Origin: Lytechinus pictus
Taxonomy: Eukaryota
NCBI RefSeq assembly: GCF_037042905.1
Contig: NC_087258.1
Span: forward strand, 16,678,001 to 16,742,000
DNA: 64,000 nucleotides
Reading direction: 5' to 3'
Shown here piece after piece: positions 50,126-64,000 of this stretch. Under the pieces are notes generated by a model that saw only the letters and a list, made by a program, of their open reading frames with translations, made no database searches and was not told the DNA's origin. The position numbers and the translations under genes are program-made. How positions within the stretch are numbered: position 1 is the first letter of the stretch; every line of letters starts with the position of its first letter.

Positions 50126-50387
50126 AGGGATGGTCCATGCTGGAGATATTTATATTTCAATAGAGTAATATTCACAAAGCAAAATGCTGAAAATTTCATC
50201 AAAATCGGATAACAAATAACGAAGTTATTGAATTTTAAAGATTTGCATTATTCCGGTGAAACAGTTCGAGGCATGTCTTTATGAATATTCATTAGATGGG
50301 CTGATGATGTCACATCAAATTTTTGGCATTTTGCTCTGTGAATTTTACTCTATTGAAAGAGAAATATATCCAGCCTGGACCATCCCT
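50126..50387. mobile_element. Kolobok-like MITE nested in a Harbinger-like MITE (~50081-50546)
   Basis: ttaa|AGGGATGGTCCATGCTGGA ... TCCAGCCTGGACCATCCCT|ttaa; host termini GGGAGTGTTTCACAAAGA / TCTTTGTGAAATACCCC match the 19816 family. Confidence 0.85.
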
Positions 50388-50595
50388 TTAAGGTCACTTA
50401 AATTCAAAGTTGCCTGTGATTTGAAAGGCATGGTGCTAAGATGACACACACTACTGCGTATTAATAAGATTGCTCATTACATAACATTTGTGAGCAAGCA
50501 TTTAAGCACGACTCAAAGTCCCACTAAATTCTTTGTGAAATACCCCTAGATTGTGCAAAATGCATTATTTAGCTTTGATGTAGCATAGAAACCAG

Positions 50596-51343
50596 GGGTG
50601 GTATTCTGAAAATTGTCTTAACTTTTCTTGAAACTCAGCAAGATAACAGCTCGCTAATATTCTCTTAAATCTGTATTCTGAAAATTGTCTTATCTCTGTA
50701 AGGACGTCCCCTATTTCATCTCTGACACGCCTAATATTTTATCATCAACCAATCATTAAACTTTTTATGTTTCGGTCAACCAATAGAAGCGTCCCTTCTA
50801 AAAAATAATGAAGCACATTGTTGACATGCAGCGTAATTTCTTTTGCGCTACCGACGCTTGTGCTTGTACACTACTGTGCTAAGATACACGTGGCTTTTCT
50901 CAGAGTCATATTTTCTCTGACAAGATTCTTCATCTCGAATGCCAATTTTCAACTGCCGAAAAGTCTACCAATCCGTCGTTATAACGTCTTTGATATGTCT
51001 CCTTTTGTAAAACATGATGTTCTTGCGGGATGCAACAAGAAATTATTATTGTTGACCGAGAAATATCGCATTCAACATTAAGTTACAACAGCCCCCTACC
51101 TCTTGTAAATTTTCTTGTATTTTGCAAGGAAGTAATTTTCAGAATACCTTTTATCTCGATATGTTATCTTGCGCACAGAGATATATGCGCCATTTTAAAA
51201 CTTTACGCATCATTGTAACTCTGACGTCATAAGCGCTTTTTATAGTTACAAGAAAATTTACAAGAGTTTTCAGAATACGGATTTTATTGTAACTCTAAAG
51301 ATACAAGAATATTTCTCTTAAGACAATTTTCAGAATACGGCCC
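50596..51343. mobile_element. PIF/Harbinger-like non-autonomous element
   Basis: TIR GGGTGGTATTCTGAAAATTGTCTTAA / TTAAGACAATTTTCAGAATACGGCCC; TSD CAG; GTATTCTGAAAA motif repeated subterminally. Confidence 0.82.
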
Positions 51344-51465
51344 CAGATTTAGACATGTTCAGTTTCCACACTGTACTTTCACTGTTATTTTGCTTCCATT
51401 TGCTCATTCACTGCATTCCTACATCGAAGAGCTTCAGCAATGTCTGTATCATTTCCATTCAAATA

Positions 51466-52048
51466 CAGTCGAGGCCAAAAGTTTACATACACCCATGGAA
51501 TTCAGTGAAATTTGTTCGCTTGCCAAACATCGTAAAATTTACTTTATCTTCAGAAATCTAAATACTACCAAGACAAATTAGGTATCAAATGAAAGAGCGT
51601 ATGAAGCTCTTTCACATGATTGGGATGCCGTTGGGATTAAAGTATATTTCGGGTGGAATATTCTTTGAAGAAAAAAAGTAATATTTGTGCCAATTGTATT
51701 CTATTGTTCGTCATTATATTTTCTAACATCGTTTCATAGAAATATATAATTGTCAAATGTATGATATATATTACATTTTCTACCATGATATGTCACCACT
51801 GAACAAATAAGTGTAATCTGAAAAGTTTGTGTTGAGAAGTAACTAGCATAAATATGAAGACTTTTTTTGGGGAAAACACCTAAATATTTTTCAGCTCCTG
51901 ATGACAAAGCAATGTTATGAAGGGGCATTGTTTGATATAAAATTTGTCATGATGCACAAATATCTTATAAGACACATGTTATGATACTTGACAAGTATCA
52001 AGTTTTCTTTGAATTTCTTGGGTGTATGTAAACTTCTGGCCTCAATTG
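51466..52048. mobile_element. Non-autonomous Tc1-like element
   Basis: ta|CAGTCGAGGCCAAAAGTTTACATACACC ... GGTGTATGTAAACTTCTGGCCTCAATTG; ends resemble Tc1/Sleeping-Beauty-type CAGTTGAAGTCGGAAGTTTACATACAC. Confidence 0.82.
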
Positions 52049-55000
52049 CATCTCTTAAGCTGTGTTGAGAAAAAGATTGGCATAACTGATTGCTTAGAAT
52101 ACCAAAGTAGCCACACACTATGAAATATACACTGGACCACACACTTTATTTGTTGTGCAATTATCTTTTCTTTTTAATTTCTCCTGACATGTACACGACT
52201 TCTCAGTCCCATCATCATTAGGTACCAAATGTAATAAATATGCATGGTGTTAATCATCTCTCATGCCTTTCACATTATAAGGAATGAATTAAATTAGTAA
52301 TAAACACATTACATATGAAAAAAAATATTGGATACTTCTAAATTTACTATCTTAATCTAATGTTTTGCTAATATCTAATTTTTGTTCAAGATTAAGTTCT
52401 TCATAGACCTTAAGCATATGACGTCATGACCTCAAGTGCGCCCTCCCTCAGAGGATATTGGAATACATGTAAATGGAGTTGTCAGAGATGCGCCAGCTAC
52501 AGATCATCAACGCATGGGAGGCAATAGCTTCAGCCTCTTCCATTTATTAATTTGCTTCTTTTATTATCAAACATGTTTTAAGGGCTCAATGTGGTCAACT
52601 GTACTGCCGCGCTCTAGGTTGAAGTATAAATTGTAGGATCGTAATAGAACCTTAAAGCATAAGGTCTATTACTTTATCGTCAAGTCATTATAACAAATAC
52701 CCTGCATGTTTTCTGTTAGTACACATTATTCATGCTACAAAGAGAGAGAGTGCAATGTTGGGTATCGGTAACTTTTTTCATGGTCGTTACTTTTCAATAA
52801 TTCCAACATCACTCTATCTTACCAATATTGAAATGAAATAAGAAGTGACAGTTTACAAATTGATTATTTTTGCCTTTCTAATGAATCCAGTCTTAAAAAG
52901 ATATTTGCATTACATAATTCTAGCACTAATAAATAACTTACAATTTTATACCAGATGTATTATTGTAATGAAAATATTGAGATTCTATCCAGTTAGCTGT
53001 GCATTGGAGAAAAGTCTCTCTTCTTAGTGATTTTTCAGTTTTAAGTAGCCAAAAAGCAATGAAATATATCATAATCATTTCCATCCTCAGTACAATTTAA
53101 AGTGAATAGCAATTGCTACATTCAAACATGCTTCATGACACTACAGTGAGCATGCCCACATATCACATAAATTAGAAATCGATTGTAAGGCTATTTTTAC
53201 GATTGATTGCATTGACAGTTATGCATAATCGAACACACAAATCAGCTGTACAATCAATAGCTAATCTTTGTGTAACAGGGTCCAGAAATACTAAGTGGTA
53301 GTCCCGGTAAGATTGATGTGATGATTTGATCCAGCTTATGTGATGATTGAAAAGTGAGAACAAAGAATGATTTCTTAGAATATAGCCAATAAAACACAAT
53401 ACCACAAGATAGTTGAAACAATTTCACAACTGGACGGAAATCAAATCAAATGCTATCATCAAATAGCAAGCCAAGGTTCAATAGGAAATATAATTACTGA
53501 AAGCTATCATGTGTGATTTTATCTATCTCATGAAGGGACAGCTATTATGGGTAGCCATGATGGCCCTGTTTCACAAGACTTGTTATAATAAAAGCCGCAA
53601 ATCTGTGACCAATTCGCTTTCAACCAGTCAACTTCCTAAATTTCAGAAGGTTTTACCTCAGAACTTATGATAAACAAAAAGTTTGTTAAACAAGGCCAAC
53701 ATCTATGCAACTCGAATCTCTAATTAGTCAATGAATTCAAGAACTAAATTTATTGTGAAACAGTTTCTTAGGTTTCTTTTACATAAAGGTTAAACATATT
53801 TTAATAAGAGACATGTAAAGTGGAAGCCAAGGGGATATTCATTTTCTCTCTTTAGACAGGTGGCTTTTATTCAGGTGCTTGTAGATTGTATACTTAGATA
53901 CTCTACCAAACATAAATGAACATTGCATGTAATTTATTTTCACTTTAAGATGCTACGTTCCCCTACACTTGAATCCACGTTAATCGAATCCTCAGAAACT
54001 GTTACTTCACGGAATACCCAAACCATGACATGACTACCTATACAATATCACACAGCCAAGACAGAATCATTTACAACCCGGTAGCCTGCTACAGCAGCAA
54101 ATTTCAGCTCAAAAAAGGCACAAAATATTTCTCTTCATTTGTTTTCACCATTACCCTTCAAACTTTCTTCGTCGTTAAAGCATTTTAAGTTTTCTAAAAA
54201 GCTGGCATCATGTATCTATTTCTTTACAATATTAGATGAGACCACGAACATAGTGCTAAGGTACAGAATTAGATACGAGTCATGTCAGCAGCTACAGACA
54301 CATTTCACACTATTGTACCAACAAGTAGAATCACTGAGCAGTGGTGTGTGCAGTCCCACGTGTAGAAAAATAATGTAGTGTTCTCAACAAGTACCTGTAC
54401 TCTAAGATACACCTAATTTCTGTATACAAGGTTTTATACTATACTTAGTATATAAAGCCCTTCCTATCAGATTCCATGCTCATAAGGAAGCCATGTCTCT
54501 GGCAATGTGTCAATTACTTTCTTATAACTATATTACTGCTACATAGTTGTACAGTGAAACCAATATCTGTTGGTATTAACCATATATACTATACCCAACA
54601 ACTCTCGACAGAATTCATTGAAACGCTTGAGGTATGTTTGTTTCAAAATAACCACCTTTTCATGTATCTGATCATTACCGATTTTGCATCATGATCAACT
54701 TTCGGTGAATCTCACATGGAAATCAACATAATATACAATGAAAGAGAACCACTTCTTAGCACAGCTAAACATGACAAACAATCTACATACAAATCTACAA
54801 GTGTTAGATAAATCTCCAGACAAGTACAATGATACAATTTTTCAACAACAACAAAATAAAATAACTACACCTTAATGGAATAATTAGATGAGGCATTATA
54901 AAAAAAGCACCTAAAGTATGACCAAAATATACACATTACGGAATACACATATATTGAACACTGTCGACAACAATGCATAACAGCATCGGTGCATATAAAA

Positions 55001-55395
55001 AAAAAGCACAAATGACTAGAAATAGAGAGTAGTTGATACACGTTGACCTAACTACATTCAGCACACTTCAGTAGATCACTACCGTAGTGTATTTATTTTT
55101 GATACTGCACATATGAAGATTTTGTGCTCAACATTTCCATTCTTCCACCAGCACCACCCCCCTTTCAGATTGATGTTGAGAACTATCAAGAGTTGTGTGC
55201 ATTACTTCTTACACTCAACGAGAACTTCATTTTTTGTTTGAATGTAATGGCAAAAATACTTTCTTACACGATGGAGATGCATCTCATTCATTTATAGACT
55301 ATGGAGTCTTTTTTTATACAAGTTTCACACAAATGGTCATAGTTTAATTTTACATGCTACAATGTACATTTTACACCAAAAAATGGTTGAATAAC

Positions 55396-62884
<7,489 letters not shown>

Positions 62885-63049
62885 TTAATAAATGAATGAA
62901 TGTAGTGTAGAGCTTCTACGAGCAAGGGAATGGTGAATTATGAGTTTCACAGAAGATCATAACCAATGTGCCATTATCTCTGGCTATTTCTCCATAGTTT
63001 TTTAGTTTCCAACATTACTGAAACCCCCCCACCTTTGAATATTTATTCA

Positions 63050-63527
63050 CCTTTATGACACCTAGATAGATCCTAGTGATTTGATTGGTTGTTTGATATC
63101 AATCATTAGGCCCATCTTACAGTGACATCAACCATGCAATTTTGGATCCATTCATCATGCAATTTTGGATCGATACGATTTTGTCCATTGCACGCGCGCA
63201 CTAAGCTAGACTGCTGCAGGCACTACTCGTGTTTGCAGTGCGCATGTTGTAATGACGTAACAATCAACAGACCAAATTTGCACTGAATGAGCATGTTTTG
63301 AATCGAAATTCATGAATTTCATATGAAAAAAATATATCACATTTTAGGTGTCATATAAACCAAATAATGATTTTTTTTTCATTCGTGCAATAGACAGAAC
63401 ACTTCATTCGGTGAAAGATGAAATGATCCATTCAACGAGGCTATGCCTCGTTGAATGGATCATTTCATCTTTCACCTCATGAAGTATTCTGTCCATTGCA
63501 CTCATAAACATTCATAATTTGTATATT
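63050..63527. repeat. Dispersed repeat; inverted partial copy at 38652-38835
   Basis: TGTCCATTGCACTCATAAACATTCAT.ATTTGTATA is the reverse complement of the 38654-38690 segment; internal perfect hairpin at ~63423-63463. Confidence 0.75.
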
Positions 63528-64000
63528 AACCAAATGACCAATAAGCCTATATCTCTATATTTTTTTTTGTTCATTTTGTAGTTTACCTGTTTCAACTTTA
63601 TGTTAATGAAATAAAAACACCCCTTTTGTTGTCTAATTCTTTAATAATAAACTTTTAGTTACATATATAGACAAGACTGTTAATTGCAACTTATTTTTTT
63701 TTGCCTCTGTTTTAAGCTTGATATTTCAGTACTTCAACTTTTTTAAATTGGATTAGGTCTGTAATCATAAAGCAAGATCTTCAAAACAGAGTTGTCACAT
63801 TAGTCTTCCATAATTTAATCAAAGATTTAAACCCTAATTATCTAGGGGGCTTTGCAAAATACTTGCAATCAACTGCAAGTCAATTCCATGCCTTGAAATT
63901 AATCAGAAGTCTTGCATTCGATGTCAAATTCACCATCATTTGCCAGTCAGCTTCTTGGATTAGAAAGTACAATATGCTACAGGGAGAACGGATCTATCAT

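Overview
AT-rich, repeat-dense animal genomic DNA. The SINE/MITE repertoire looks echinoderm/sea-urchin-like, which is an inference. There is one assembly gap. Four spliced protein-coding loci were reconstructed by hand from GT-AG junctions, with intron phases consistent in the three multi-exon models. (1) First coding exon (signal-peptide-like) of an unidentified minus-strand gene at 2541-2639. (2) An 11-exon minus-strand gene (42283->22320, ~626 aa) with two tandem prolyl-4-hydroxylase-like 2OG-Fe(II) domains: the first is catalytically dead, the second is intact (HED...H...RxT), followed by an acidic tail. (3) Head-to-head with it, a plus-strand gene (43745-47530, ~504 aa) encoding signal peptide + intact JmjC/cupin_8 domain + EF-hand-like region + C-terminal KEEL ER-retrieval signal. 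(4) The last five exons of a CHD3/4/5 (Mi-2) gene on the minus strand, ending in a SIM-like EVILID. Mobile DNA includes a young 5'-truncated L2/CR1-group LINE with a PHD-APE-RT ORF2, a decayed RT fragment, several tRNA-head SINEs and many nested MITEs (hAT-, Kolobok-, Harbinger-, piggyBac- and Tc1-like, plus foldbacks). Most notable: the divergent pair of apparently secretory-pathway 2OG dioxygenases; a short retroposon with a 7SL/Alu-like head (11801-11981) whose insertion is shown by an empty paralogous site; and an intronic tandem array of ~8 decayed copies of the splice acceptor plus catalytic-motif half of an exon.
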